A stretch of 64,000 nt of DNA from Spirochaetia bacterium (GCA_965199955.1 CBDATQ010000001.1:2176001-2240000); one strand, 5' to 3'; shown: positions 40,264-51,081, numbered from the stretch's first letter. Translations and numbers: made by a program. Notes: a model not told the origin generated them from the letters alone.

Positions 40264-41093
40264 CAATCGAATGGCGCGATCGACCGCAGGTAGTCGGCGG
40301 TGCGGGCCGCGGCCTCGGTCGGTCCGCTCAGGCTGGCGAATGCCTGGTGCACGGTCACGTAGCCGTCGTAGCCGACATCGGCCAGCGCGGCCAGGATGGC
40401 GCCGAACGGCAGCCCCGGCTCCCACATCGGCACGTGATCGAAGGGGACCGCTCCGCGGCACCAGGTGCCCATCGAGTCCGCGCCCTGCGGATGGACGCGA
40501 TGGTTCTGCAGATAGACGTTGACGATGTGGGGGGCGAAACGGCGGATGGTCGGCACCCCGTACTCCTGCCCGGCGTGGTCGAGATTGGCCGGTTCGTAGA
40601 TCAGCCCGAAGTTGGGGCGGTCGATCGCGGACAGCACGTCCAGCGACCGGTCCACTTCCTCGAAGAGGCTGCGGGTATGGCACTGGTGGGCAAGGCGCAG
40701 ACCCCGCTCTGCCGCCTGATCGGCGGCCCGCTGCGCGTGCGGGATGTCGTCGTCTGATTTCATGCACATCCTCAACAGGTCGCTGCCCAACGCCTCGGCC
40801 AGATCGAGGTACGGGCCGATATCGCGCAGCGCTTCCGGTCCATGCACGTCGTCGTTTTCCGGGATCGGGAAGTCGCCGGTCACCATCGACACGGCGAGAC
40901 TGGCCGCGTCCAGAGTCTGCCGCCCGCGGCGGACCTGGTCCGGAGGCGAGTGGGTGCCGAGCTGGGACGCGCGCATGCACAGCGCGGCATAGCCGTTGTC
41001 GGTCGCGATGCGGGCCAGATCGTCCAGGGAGGCGGTCGCCCGCCGCTTGTCCCCGAACCCCTCGGCCACCCGTACGGAGAGTGCCAGCTTCAC
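40263..41093 (-). CDS. Sugar phosphate isomerase/epimerase (xylose isomerase-like TIM barrel)
   Basis: VKLALSVR start, DRPNFGLIYEPAN and GYDGYVTVH; GGA-containing upstream region. Confidence 0.8.
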   Translation of the reverse strand: MKLALSVRVAEGFGDKRRATASLDDLARIATDNGYAALCMRASQLGTHSPPDQVRRGRQTLDAASLAVSMVTGDFPIPENDDVHGPEALRDIGPYLDLAEALGSDLLRMCMKSDDDIPHAQRAADQAAERGLRLAHQCHTRSLFEEVDRSLDVLSAIDRPNFGLIYEPANLDHAGQEYGVPTIRRFAPHIVNVYLQNHRVHPQGADSMGTWCRGAVPFDHVPMWEPGLPFGAILAALADVGYDGYVTVHQAFASLSGPTEAAARTADYLRSIAPFD

Positions 41094-41858
41094 GGGATCA
41101 CCTCGTTCATGGTTTCTTGGAGTCGGCCGCCTAGGCGGTCGCGCCGATACGCGAACGCCTGCTCCAGGATGCGCAGGCTGGTGCCCCAGCGGCGGCTCCG
41201 AGTCGGGCCGCGGTTGAACGCGCGGGCGCTCGCGGAAAGTGAGAGCGTGACGATCTCGTCCTCCAGCACGTCGACCTGCGTCTCGTGGATCACGTCGCCG
41301 TTCGGCGCCACGGCCAGGACGGTGCCGATGTGGTTGGCGACCACTCCCCGCAGCCCCTCGGTGGCGGGGCCGACGACGTTGCAGATGAGCACGTACGCGC
41401 TCGATCATGCCCCACAGGAACTCGTCGTCGGGCTCGGCCGGCCATTCGCCGCGCCGCGCGGCGTGCGGCGCCAGGATGACGTCCACGTCGTGGACGTATT
41501 CGTCGTTGGACAGGTGAATCTTGCGCTGCACGCCCAGGTAGCGGCCGCGATCGGCGACCAGCATCGAGTTGTACACGACGGCCCCCGACAACTCCGCCAG
41601 TCCCACGACCAGGCAGAGATCGTGACGCTCCGACAGTGCCAGCAGCTCCCGGCTCATCGGGCCGTCCGGCACCGGCTCCGCGTTCTCGGCCATCAGGTCG
41701 TGGGCGCCGTGGCCGGTGAGCTGCAGCTCCGGGCAGAGGAGGAGGCACGCCCCGTCGCGCCCCGCGTGGGCACAGGCCCGGCGCACCAAGTCGAGGTTTC
41801 GCGGAGGATCGATCAGCACCGACCGCAGCGAGGTCACGGTCACCTTCGTGTCGGTCAC
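41090..41858 (-). pseudogene. Nitrilase/carbon-nitrogen hydrolase with internal deletions
   Basis: PELQLTG (Glu), YNS and QRKIH (Lys) are present; the catalytic Cys segment is absent; the C-terminus is in another frame (41090-41392). Confidence 0.75.
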
Positions 41859-41928
41859 GCGGGCATGATACACCTGCCCGCGACCACGGGTAGCCGCGAC
41901 GCCCGCGATTCGCTATAGTCCGGTGCAG

Positions 41929-42963
41929 ATGAGTTCCGCGGCGCCGGCTTCCGGCGCACAGGGGTGGGGCGCGGATGAAATCCGATCGCTTCGTGACGCC
42001 ATAGCTCCGTACCGAAAGCCCTCGACTCTTCTCACGTGGTGGAACGTGGGCAACTCGGTGGTGCCGTTCGTCGCCTGCATGACCGCCGCGGCAATCGTGA
42101 TGCCGATCTCCTATTGGCTGTGCCTGCCGTTCATGGTGCTGGCCGCCGGGTTCAACATCCGCAACTTCATCATCATGCACGACGCCGGCCACGGCACGCT
42201 GTTCCGCAGCCGCCGCATGAACGGCCTGGTCGGCCACCTCACCGGGATCCTGGCGCTCACGCCGCTGCGCGACTGGTCGCACAACCACGCCATCCACCAC
42301 GCCAGCTCCGGCGACCTCGACCGTCGCACCAACACCGACATCCAGACCATCACGGTGGCCGAGTATCGGAGCCGCTCACGATGGGCGCGCCTAGGGTACC
42401 GCGCATACCGCAATCCGCTGGTCCTGCTGCTGTTCGGTTGGATCTGGAGCTTCGTGCTCAACCATCGCCTGCCGCGCAAGATCACCAAGGGGAAGGGACG
42501 AAGCTCCCTGTTGCTCACCAACCTCGGGGTCGCGGCGATGATCGTGGCGATGCTGCTGTTCGCCGGGTGGCGGTACGTGGTGCTGGTCTACCTGCCGATG
42601 ATCGGGCTCGCCGGGCTGATCGGGGTGTGGCTGTTCTACATGCAGCATCAGTTCGAGGACGTGTACTGGCGCCGGCACGAAGACTGGAAATTCGTCCGGG
42701 CGGCCATGGACGGCGCCTCGTATCTCCGGCTGCCCGCGGTGCTGCAGTGGTTCACCGGCAACATCGGCTTCCACCACATCCATCACCTGGATCCCAGGAT
42801 CCCCTACTACTACCTGCCGCGGTGCCACCGGTCACATCCGCTGATGATCCGGGCGCCGGTGCTGACCATGTTCGACACGATCAGATGCTTCCGACAAAAC
42901 CTCTACGACGAGGAAAGCGGCCGCATGGTGAGCTTCAGGAGTCTGAGCGCCAGCCCGGCCTGA
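41929..42963 (+). CDS. Membrane fatty acid desaturase
   Basis: His boxes HDAGH, HAIHH and HHIHH; QHQFE and NIGFHH as in Des-type desaturases. Confidence 0.9.
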   Translation: MSSAAPASGAQGWGADEIRSLRDAIAPYRKPSTLLTWWNVGNSVVPFVACMTAAAIVMPISYWLCLPFMVLAAGFNIRNFIIMHDAGHGTLFRSRRMNGLVGHLTGILALTPLRDWSHNHAIHHASSGDLDRRTNTDIQTITVAEYRSRSRWARLGYRAYRNPLVLLLFGWIWSFVLNHRLPRKITKGKGRSSLLLTNLGVAAMIVAMLLFAGWRYVVLVYLPMIGLAGLIGVWLFYMQHQFEDVYWRRHEDWKFVRAAMDGASYLRLPAVLQWFTGNIGFHHIHHLDPRIPYYYLPRCHRSHPLMIRAPVLTMFDTIRCFRQNLYDEESGRMVSFRSLSASPA

Positions 42964-42972
42964 TCCATAGAC

Positions 42973-44091
42973 GTGGCTGATCAGGGGCTGCCGTATACTC
43001 CGATCCTTGCCGGGCTGCCGCCACTGGTGCCGTTCGTTGGGCCCGAGGCGCTCGTGCGCGAGCGGGGAGGGCCGTTTCGCGCACGCTTGGGAGCGAACGA
43101 GAGCGCGTTCGGGATTTCGCCGATCGCGCGCCGGGTCGGCATGGCCGCGCTGGAACGGATATCCTGGTACGCCGACCCGGAGAACCACGAGTTGCGTGCC
43201 GCGCTGGCCGCTGCCCACGGCGTGGCGCCCGACAATATCGCCATCGCCGCCGGCATCGACGACCTGCTCGGCTTGGCCGTGCGCGCCTTCGCCGCCGAGC
43301 GGGCCGCCGTGATGACCGCCGGCTCCTATCCCACGTTCGCCTTCCATGTGGCCGGCTACGGCGCCCGGCTGATCACCGTGCCCTACCGGGACGACCGCGT
43401 CGACTTGGACGGGCTGCTGGACGCCGCCATCGGCAGTGGGGCCACCCTGCTGTACGTGGCCAACCCCGACAACCCCGCGGGCACCTGGCGCGACGCGACC
43501 GACGTGCAGCGGCTGGTCGAGCGCGTGCCGCCCGGCATGGTCCTGCTCCTGGACGAGGCCTACGCGGACTTCGCTCCTGCCGCGGCGATCCCCCCGGCCG
43601 GGCTGCTCGGACCCGGCGTGCTGCGCCTGCGTACCTTCTCCAAGGCGCACGGCATGGCCGGCGGCCGCGTCGGCTACGCGCTCTGCACCGCGGAGGCGTG
43701 GCAGGGGTTCGAGAAGATCCGTCACCACTACGGGATGAACCGCATCGCCCAGGAGGTGGCGCTGGCATCGCTGGGCGACTCTGACTTCATCGCCGGCGTG
43801 GTCGCCTCCGTGCAGGCCGGCCGCCTCGAGTACGCGCGTATCGCCGCGGACCACGGCCTGACGGTGCTTCCGTCCGGGACCAACTTCGTCAACTTCGACA
43901 CCGGCTCGGCGGCCCGCGCCGACGCGCTGCTCGACGCGCTGATCCGCCACGGCGTGTTCGTACGCAAGGCCAAGGCGCCGCCGCTCGACCGCACGGTCCG
44001 CATCACGGTGGGCCGTCCCGACGAGTGCGCCGTGCTGGCGGAGGTGCTGGGCGACGCGCTGGCCGACGCCGACCGGTCCCTGCGCGGTTGA
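42973..44091 (+). CDS. PLP-dependent class I/II aminotransferase (HisC-like)
   Basis: LGANES, NPDNPAG, DEAY and RTFSKAHGMAGGRVGY. Confidence 0.88.
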   Translation: MADQGLPYTPILAGLPPLVPFVGPEALVRERGGPFRARLGANESAFGISPIARRVGMAALERISWYADPENHELRAALAAAHGVAPDNIAIAAGIDDLLGLAVRAFAAERAAVMTAGSYPTFAFHVAGYGARLITVPYRDDRVDLDGLLDAAIGSGATLLYVANPDNPAGTWRDATDVQRLVERVPPGMVLLLDEAYADFAPAAAIPPAGLLGPGVLRLRTFSKAHGMAGGRVGYALCTAEAWQGFEKIRHHYGMNRIAQEVALASLGDSDFIAGVVASVQAGRLEYARIAADHGLTVLPSGTNFVNFDTGSAARADALLDALIRHGVFVRKAKAPPLDRTVRITVGRPDECAVLAEVLGDALADADRSLRG

Positions 44092-44162
44092 ACGCGGCGA
44101 CCGGAAGGGGCACACGCCGCCAACGAATTCACAGGAACTCGACGAAGTTCGGTCCGTATCGG

Positions 44163-45134
44163 CTACCGTGATCGGAACTCCCGGAGACGGGTGTGTTCGA
44201 CGAGTTGTCGCATGTTCTGAAGGGTGAAGACTTTGCCACGCGTTGCGAGCAGAAGCTTGCGCATGTCTTCGCGGCGCACCCCGAAGCCGCGGCCGGCGAT
44301 GCAGGCGACAACGTCGAATGCGGGCTGATCCAGGGGGTGGTCTCTGGTGCTGAGCGAGCCGAGGTGCTGAACGCGCGTAACCTTGTCGCGTGCCGTGCCG
44401 TCATCTTCGGTGAGCTTCGCCTCGATGACGATCTGCGGGTTGAACTCGTTGGGGACGATGAAACGAGGCGAGCACTCAGTTCCAGACCGAGAAGCTGACG
44501 TGCATTGAACAGATCGCAGTAGCGCGTGTTTCCCCAGCGATGCAGCCGGTCGGTTTCGTCTCCGGGCGGGATCGCTTCGTCGGGGACGAAACTCGCGGAG
44601 AGCTGCTCCCAGCGCTCGCCGGCCCCTTCGGCCCGCGCGAGATCCTCGGCGTCGGGCGATCGTCTTCACCCACAGGAACGACTTCACGGCAACCTCCGGG
44701 TCGCCGTATAGCGGGCAGGACGTGCGATAATATTGTCCGATCTCCTCGTGGAGCTCCTCAACGAGCGCTCTTGCGGCGCGATCATACGCCGCCACGTCGA
44801 GATGTTGGATCTCCTCGCGAACGATCCAGGCAGACATCGGATTGACGTCGAATCCGTGCACGTCGCATCCGAGCCTGTTGGCTTCGATCAGCGGCGTTCC
44901 TCCGCCCATGAACGGATCAGCGATCCGGCGGCCGGCGAGGTCGTTAGCAGCAAAGAACGTGTCCTGCAAGGCACCGTCCCCGAACTCGGCGAGGATCAAA
45001 CCGCGAAACAACGTGCCCGGACGCCGCGCGAACCACTTGTGCACGCCGATGACGGGGCGGTAGTTCTGCTGGATCTGTTCCCTGAGCGCCAAGCCGGCGA
45101 TCATCGAAACGTCGAAGTCTCGCTCGATGCTCAT
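44163..45134 (-). pseudogene. Collapsed restriction-modification locus: DUF1156 adenine-methylase fragments fused to a PD-(D/E)XK nuclease C-terminus
   Basis: HKWFARR and DPFMGGG; IPPGDETDRLHRWG..DLFNARQL in a shifted frame; then IVIEAKLTEDDGTARDK; no catalytic DPPY. Confidence 0.72.
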
Positions 45135-45168
45135 GTTCGCCCTTGTGCCGACTCGGCGATGCGTCTGC

Positions 45169-46029
45169 TCACACCGGCAGCTTGTACGAGTAGGACTCCA
45201 TCACCTCGTGGTCGGAAGCGCGCGCCTGGCGCAGGGCGTGATCGGTGACCGGCAGGTAGTAGTGCGTGGTGGGGTTGCGGGAGATGAACCCCTCGCCATA
45301 GGCGCAGTCGCCGGCCAGCCCGAACGCGCCGTCCGAGGTCTCGATCCGCTTGCGCGCGTAGGCGCCGCCGTAGCCCTGGCTGACCAGCGCATCCAGCGTG
45401 GCCAGCTTCTTCTCCGCCACGTCGGTGATGTCGACGAACACGTCGCAGGCGAATCCGCCGGTCTGGTCCCAGAGGCCGTGGCGAGTGGAGGCCGCGCCGA
45501 TCCCGAAGTAGAACACCTGCGCGGCCCGGTGGGGCGGGTTGGTGTCGCCGGGATCGACGCTGCCGGCAAGGCGCAGCGCGTACATGACGATCTGCCCGGC
45601 GATCGCGTGCGGGCTGGTGATGCCGTCGTCCTCCTTGGGGAAATGGGTCAGCACCACGTCCGGGCGGAGCTCGCGCAGCACGCGGGCCAGGCGCCGCACG
45701 ACCTCCTCCGTGACCAGCAGCACGGCGTCGTCGGCGCCGAAGAACACGATATGCTCAACCCCCAGCGCGGCGCAGGCGGCGCGCGTCTCCTGTTCCTTGA
45801 CGCCGGCGCGCTCCTGCATGGTGGCCCGCAGCTCGTCCGCTTCCGGGATGGCGTCGCGGTGGAACATCTGCTCGCTGATGACCTCGTCGTGTACGCGCGC
45901 GCCGTGGGTGAGCACCACGCAGCCAACCCAGTCGCCGCGCGCGACGTGGTGGGCCATGGTGCCGCCGGACTGATCGAAGATGTCGGCGGGGTGGGCGCCG
46001 ATGGAAAGAATCCGCAGTGGTTCGTTCAT
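45169..46029 (-). CDS. PIG-L/LmbE-fold protein with HPAD motif (GalB-like hydratase candidate)
   Basis: GAHPADIFDQSGG, LTHG, RPDVVLTH and VFVDIT. Confidence 0.82.
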   Translation of the reverse strand: MNEPLRILSIGAHPADIFDQSGGTMAHHVARGDWVGCVVLTHGARVHDEVISEQMFHRDAIPEADELRATMQERAGVKEQETRAACAALGVEHIVFFGADDAVLLVTEEVVRRLARVLRELRPDVVLTHFPKEDDGITSPHAIAGQIVMYALRLAGSVDPGDTNPPHRAAQVFYFGIGAASTRHGLWDQTGGFACDVFVDITDVAEKKLATLDALVSQGYGGAYARKRIETSDGAFGLAGDCAYGEGFISRNPTTHYYLPVTDHALRQARASDHEVMESYSYKLPV

Positions 46030-46108
46030 GACGCAGCCATTATGCCCCGGTCCGGTAGGTGCCGGTCCTGTTCCGCCGGCAGCCGATCAGGCATCATCCC
46101 ATCTGCCC

Positions 46109-47314
46109 GTGACGATCCTTCCGTTCCGCCCGTGGATGCCTGCGCCGGACCAGGCGCAGGCAGTGGCCTGTCCACCGTTCGACGTTCCCACCCGCGACGA
46201 GGCCACGACCATGGCGAAGGGCGACCGGCGCAACTTCCTGCACGTGGTACGCGCGGAGATCGACTTGCCGGATGAGGTCGACGCCCACGATGCGCAGGTC
46301 TACGACCGTGCGCGCCGCAACCTCACCGGGCTGCAGGAGCATGGCGTCCTGGTCCGGGAACAGCAGCCGGAACTCTACCTGTACCGGATGGAGGACGGGA
46401 CGCACCGGCAGACCGGCATCGTCGCCAGCCTGCGCGCCGCCGACTACCGGAGCGGGCTGATCCGCACGCACGAGCGTACGCGCGCCGCGCAGGAGGATGA
46501 CCGCGTGCGCCACATGCGCGCCCTCTGCGCCCATCCGGAGCCGGTGCTGTTCACCTTCCGTGCGCCGCACGGCATGCGCGACCTGCTGGACCGGTCGGCC
46601 CGCGGCGAGCCGCTGCTGGCCGCCACCGACGGGGACGGGGTGCGCCATCTGGTGTGGCGCGCCCCGGATGCGGCCGCGCTGGTCGCCGCGTTCGCCGACG
46701 TCCCGCACTGCTACGTGGCGGACGGCCATCACCGGTCGGCAGCAGCGGCGCGCGTTGCCGCGGGCGGAACTTCGGACTACTTCCCGGCCGTGCTCTTCCC
46801 TGCCGGAGAGTTGCGCATCCTGGCGTACAACCGGGCGATCCGCGGCCTGGGCCCACAGCGTGACGAGGGCGAGCTGCGGCGGCGCCTGGGCGAGATCGGC
46901 AACCTGGTCTCTCCCGCGGAGCCCGTGCCGAAGCAGGCTTGCAGCTTCGCGATACGGCTGCGCTCAGGCTGGCACCAGCTCCACCTGGGGCCGCCCGAGG
47001 AGGAGCGCACCGGCCTGGTCACATCGCTCGATGCGGAGCGGCTGCATCGCGCCGTCCTGCGGCCACTGTTAGGCGTGGGCGACCCGCGCACGGACGACCG
47101 GTTCATCCCCGTGGGGGGCCGCGACAGCGTGACCCGCCTGGAGCGGCTGGTCGACTCGGGAGAGGCCGCGGTTGGGGTCTCGCTCGTCGCCCCGACCGTC
47201 GAGCAGATGCTGGCGGTCGCCGATGCCCGCGGGGTCATGCCGCCGAAAAGCACCTGGATCGAGCCGAAGTTGCGCAGCGGCCTGTTCGTACATCCGTTCG
47301 AGGGGGACGAATGA
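46109..47314 (+). CDS. DUF1015 family protein
   Basis: PPFDV, HERT, YVADGHHR, ILAYNR and MPPKSTWIEPKLRSGL. Confidence 0.88.
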   Translation: MTILPFRPWMPAPDQAQAVACPPFDVPTRDEATTMAKGDRRNFLHVVRAEIDLPDEVDAHDAQVYDRARRNLTGLQEHGVLVREQQPELYLYRMEDGTHRQTGIVASLRAADYRSGLIRTHERTRAAQEDDRVRHMRALCAHPEPVLFTFRAPHGMRDLLDRSARGEPLLAATDGDGVRHLVWRAPDAAALVAAFADVPHCYVADGHHRSAAAARVAAGGTSDYFPAVLFPAGELRILAYNRAIRGLGPQRDEGELRRRLGEIGNLVSPAEPVPKQACSFAIRLRSGWHQLHLGPPEEERTGLVTSLDAERLHRAVLRPLLGVGDPRTDDRFIPVGGRDSVTRLERLVDSGEAAVGVSLVAPTVEQMLAVADARGVMPPKSTWIEPKLRSGLFVHPFEGDE

Positions 47315-47392
47315 CCCGTCGGAGGATGCCGTTGATGCATCCCGGCACAAGTATCCGCGACAGCATGAAAGCGATGGGACGGACGGTCCCTT
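47311..47392 (+). pseudogene. HigA-family antitoxin N-terminal remnant
   Basis: MTRRRMPLMHPGTSIRDSMKAMGRTV resembles the HigA PxHPGExL start; ATGA overlap; the HTH is missing. Confidence 0.5.
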
Positions 47393-47413
47393 CAGTGGGT
47401 GCGAGTACGTACC

Positions 47414-47791
47414 TTATGTCGATAACGCTGCCGGCAGTGGTCCCGAGGCTACGAGTTTTTTCTGCGCAGGATCCACCGACAGGTTCATCCCTTTCAGAGT
47501 GCGAGCGCCGAGCAGACTGAGATCGCCGGGTTCTGCGAATACGACTTCGTCGATGGTGAAGCCCTCGGGGACGCGCAGGATGGCGAACCCGGCGCTTCGC
47601 GTGATCATCTCGCCGTTCGCCATCACGAACCGGAGATTCATCTTCTCCCGAGCCACGCCTATGCTCTCCAGATCGCTTTTCGGAATCCACGAGTACTCGC
47701 TGCCGGTGTCGATCAGCAATCCGGCGATACGAACCGAATTCGAACGGTCGGTGTGATTCTCCGCGGTGCAGCCAGTCCGGAAGACGCCCAT
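47414..47791 (-). CDS. Retropepsin-like (clan AA) aspartyl protease
   Basis: LLIDTGSEYSWIP and LLGARTL motifs; 125 aa. Confidence 0.82.
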   Translation of the reverse strand: MGVFRTGCTAENHTDRSNSVRIAGLLIDTGSEYSWIPKSDLESIGVAREKMNLRFVMANGEMITRSAGFAILRVPEGFTIDEVVFAEPGDLSLLGARTLKGMNLSVDPAQKKLVASGPLPAALST

Positions 47792-47844
47792 GCTGGTACG
47801 TTATCGATGCGTCTCATCCATCGTCAATCTGCCGGCGAACACGG

Positions 47845-50800
47845 TCAGTGGAAGTCGCGGCTCTTGAGCGGGATCGTCTGACGCGCGCGGGGCAGCGGAC
47901 CGCCGGGCCGGTCGGCGTTCGGCTCCACCGGCAGCTCCGCTTTCCAGAACCGTTCGGCGACGATGTGCACCACGTCGTAGCGAGCCTGGATCCTGCCGCT
48001 CACTCCCAGAAAGGACGTGGTCAGGATGAGCGAGCGATAGGGCTGGAACACCGTGGTCCATACCACCAGGTTGACGAAGCCGGCCTCGTCTTCGAGGGTC
48101 ATGAACACCACTCCGTCCGCGGTGCCGGGCCGCTGCCGGCAGATCACCAGCCCGGCGTAGGAAACGTGCTGTCCGTCCGCCATGGCGGCGACCTGACCGG
48201 CATCGGGCAACCCACGCTCGGCGAGCCGGCTCCGGAACGGCTCCAGCGGATGCCCGCGGGTGCTGTGGGCGGACGCTCCATAGTCCCAGGCGATGGTGTC
48301 GAAGCGATCGAGCGGGGTGAAGGCCGGCTCCAAAGCCGGGACGTGGAGGGGAAGGGGCGTCGCTCGCTCGCGCCAGCGTACCGCGCCCAGCACCTGCCAT
48401 AGACTGCCGCGGCGCCGCGCGGCGCCGTGCCCCGACCCGGCAGCCAGCGAGTCGAAGGCGCCGCTCTCCGCCAGTCGGGTCAGCGCCTCTCGCGGCATCC
48501 TGGCCCGCTCGACCATCTCCTCCACCGTCGTGAACGGACGCTCGGCGATCAGTGCCGCGCCGTCGGCTTCCGCCAACCCCTTCACGAAGCGCAGACCCAT
48601 CCGCACCGCGAAGCGCCGGCGGCCTTCAGGGCCGGACGGCACTGGCTCCAGCGTGCAGTACCAGTCGCTGCGGGTCACGTCCACCGGCCGCACCTGCACG
48701 CCGTGGCGGCGGGCGTCGTCGACGAGCGTCGCAGGCGCGTAGAACCCCAGCGGCCAGGCGTTGAGCAGCGCCGCGGTGAACACGTCGTGGTAGTGGCGCT
48801 TGAGCCACGCCGTCAGGTACGCCACCAGCGCGAAGCTGGCGGCGCGCGACTCCGGAAAGCCGTACTCCGCGAAACCGCGGATCTGGTCGAACACACGCTC
48901 GGCGAACTCGCGGGAGATCCCCTTGGCCTCCATGCGGGAGATCAGCTTCTCGCCGTGCTTCTCGATGGAGCCCGACCGGCGCCAGGCCGCCATGTCGCGG
49001 CGCAGTTGATCGGCCTCTCCGGGGGTGTAGTCGGCGGCGACCACCGCCAGCTTCATCACCTGTTCCTGGAACAGCGGCACTCCCAGGGTCTTCGCAAGCA
49101 CCGGGCGCAGGGCGGGGTGGGGGTACTCCACCGGCTCCTCGCCGCTCCGCCGCCGCAGGTAAGGGTGCACCATGCCGCCGGTGATCGGGCCGGGCCGCAC
49201 GATGGCGACCTCGATCACCAGGTCGTAAAAGGTGCGCGGCCGCAGGCGCGGCAGCATCGACATCTGCGCCCGGCTCTCGATCTGGAAGACGCCGACCGTG
49301 TCGCCGCGCGAGACCATGTCGAACACCGCCGGGTCCTCGAACGGCACCGTGGCCATGCTGTAGTCACGTCCGTAGTGGCGCCGGATCAGCTCGAACCCCA
49401 GGTCCAGGTGGGTGAGGGCGCCGAGCCCCAGCAGGTCCACCTTGAACAGCCCCAGCGCCTCCACGTCGTACTTGTCCCACTGGATGACGGTCCGCCCCTC
49501 CATGGCGGCGTTCTCGATCGGCACCAGGGTGGTGACCGGCTCGCTGCCGAGCAGGAAGCCGCCGGGATGGATCGACAGGTGGCGCGGAGCGTCGCGGATC
49601 TGGTCCGTGAGCGCGATCAGCAGGCGGTGGACGGGGACCTGAGGGTCGAGGCCGGCCTGTGCCAGGGCGCCGGACAGCTCCGACGGGAAGTCGCTGCCGT
49701 GGTGGGAGACGAGCCGTGCGACCCGATCCAGCGAGGTGGCCGGAAGGCCCAGGGTCTTGCCCACGTCCCGAATCGCGGACTTGGCCCGGTAGCGGATCAC
49801 GTTGGCCACCATGGCCGCGTGCTCACGCCCGTACTTGCGGTACATGAACTGGATCACCTCCTCGCGGCGCCGGTGGCCGATGTCCAGGTCGATGTCCGGC
49901 GGCTCGGCCCGCTCGCGAGACAGGAAGCGCTCGAACAGCAGCCGCATGCGCACCGGGTCGATGGCGGTGATCCCCAGGCAGTAGCACACCGCGGAGTTGG
50001 CGGCCGAGCCGCGCCCCTGACAGAGGATCTCCTGCTCGCGGCAGAAACGCACGATTTCGTACATGGTCAGGAAGTAGCCGCAGCAGTCGAGCTCATCGAT
50101 GACATCGAGCTCGGCATCGAGCTGCGCGGCGACCTTCGCCGGCACCTCCCCGCCGTAGCGCTTGCGCGCGCCGGCGAGGGTGAGGGAGCGCAGCCACTCG
50201 GCGGAGGTGTGGCCCGTCGGCAGCCGCTCGGAAGGGTAGCGGTAGCGCAGGTCGGCCAGGGAGAAGGGACAGCGGTCGGCGATCTCGCGGGTCGCGGCCA
50301 CCAACTCGGGGCGGTCGGCGAACAGGCGCGCGAACGCCCGCGGCGACTTGAGGTCGTGCTCGCCGTTGAGGCGCAGCAGGGTACCGGCGCCGTTCAGGGT
50401 GGTGCGGTGCCGGATGCAGGTGACCACGTCCTGCAGCGGGCGCCGGCCGCGGTGGTGGTAAAGCACCTCGGTGGAGGCGGCGAGGGGGAGGGCGAGCCGG
50501 CCGCAGAGCGACGTCAACCGCTGCTCGATGTGCTGGTCGTCGGGTAGCCGGTGGCGCGTGACCAGTCCGTACAACCGGCAGCGAAACGCCTCCTTGAGCA
50601 AGGCGGCACGCCGCCGCCAGAGCTCCTCGTCCTCGGCGGCCAGCAGACGGCGCCCCTGCCACAACGCGATGAGGCCGGCGGCGTGCTCGGCCACCTCCGG
50701 CCAGCCGACGCAGCATTCACCCTTGGCGCAGCGCAGGCGGCCGGCGGAGATCAGCCGGCAGAGGTTGGCGTAGCCGGCCCTGCTCTGCGCCAGCAGCAGC

Positions 50801-51081
50801 AGCGCGGCCGTCGGGGCGGAGAGGTCGCCCGGATCGTCGGCGACGGTGATCTGCGCGCCGACGATCAGCCGCGGCGTCCGCGTGCCGGCCGCCTGGCCGG
50901 CGGCGGTCTCCACGTGGGCGCGCACCACGCCGTGCACCCCGTCCCGGTCGGCCAGAACCAGCGCGGGCATGCCGAGCTGTCGGCAGCGCCGCACCAGCTC
51001 CTCCGGGTGGCTGGCCCCTTCCAGGAAGGAGAAGTTGCTCTTGCACCACAGCGGCACGTACGAAGGAGCGGCGTCGCTCAC
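47845..51081 (-). CDS. dnaE2: Error-prone DNA polymerase III alpha subunit DnaE2/ImuC
   Basis: SNFSFLEGASHPEEL, GRGSAANS, EPPDIDLD, KVDLLGLG, ICRQRPGTA and C-terminal SRDFH. Confidence 0.96.
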   Translation of the reverse strand: MSDAAPSYVPLWCKSNFSFLEGASHPEELVRRCRQLGMPALVLADRDGVHGVVRAHVETAAGQAAGTRTPRLIVGAQITVADDPGDLSAPTAALLLLAQSRAGYANLCRLISAGRLRCAKGECCVGWPEVAEHAAGLIALWQGRRLLAAEDEELWRRRAALLKEAFRCRLYGLVTRHRLPDDQHIEQRLTSLCGRLALPLAASTEVLYHHRGRRPLQDVVTCIRHRTTLNGAGTLLRLNGEHDLKSPRAFARLFADRPELVAATREIADRCPFSLADLRYRYPSERLPTGHTSAEWLRSLTLAGARKRYGGEVPAKVAAQLDAELDVIDELDCCGYFLTMYEIVRFCREQEILCQGRGSAANSAVCYCLGITAIDPVRMRLLFERFLSRERAEPPDIDLDIGHRRREEVIQFMYRKYGREHAAMVANVIRYRAKSAIRDVGKTLGLPATSLDRVARLVSHHGSDFPSELSGALAQAGLDPQVPVHRLLIALTDQIRDAPRHLSIHPGGFLLGSEPVTTLVPIENAAMEGRTVIQWDKYDVEALGLFKVDLLGLGALTHLDLGFELIRRHYGRDYSMATVPFEDPAVFDMVSRGDTVGVFQIESRAQMSMLPRLRPRTFYDLVIEVAIVRPGPITGGMVHPYLRRRSGEEPVEYPHPALRPVLAKTLGVPLFQEQVMKLAVVAADYTPGEADQLRRDMAAWRRSGSIEKHGEKLISRMEAKGISREFAERVFDQIRGFAEYGFPESRAASFALVAYLTAWLKRHYHDVFTAALLNAWPLGFYAPATLVDDARRHGVQVRPVDVTRSDWYCTLEPVPSGPEGRRRFAVRMGLRFVKGLAEADGAALIAERPFTTVEEMVERARMPREALTRLAESGAFDSLAAGSGHGAARRRGSLWQVLGAVRWRERATPLPLHVPALEPAFTPLDRFDTIAWDYGASAHSTRGHPLEPFRSRLAERGLPDAGQVAAMADGQHVSYAGLVICRQRPGTADGVVFMTLEDEAGFVNLVVWTTVFQPYRSLILTTSFLGVSGRIQARYDVVHIVAERFWKAELPVEPNADRPGGPLPRARQTIPLKSRDFH

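Noticed and set aside
40263..41873. Apparent 536-aa nitrilase-isomerase fusion
   Set aside because: It is read-through created by a frameshift in the nitrilase relic; the isomerase has its own GTG at 41093.
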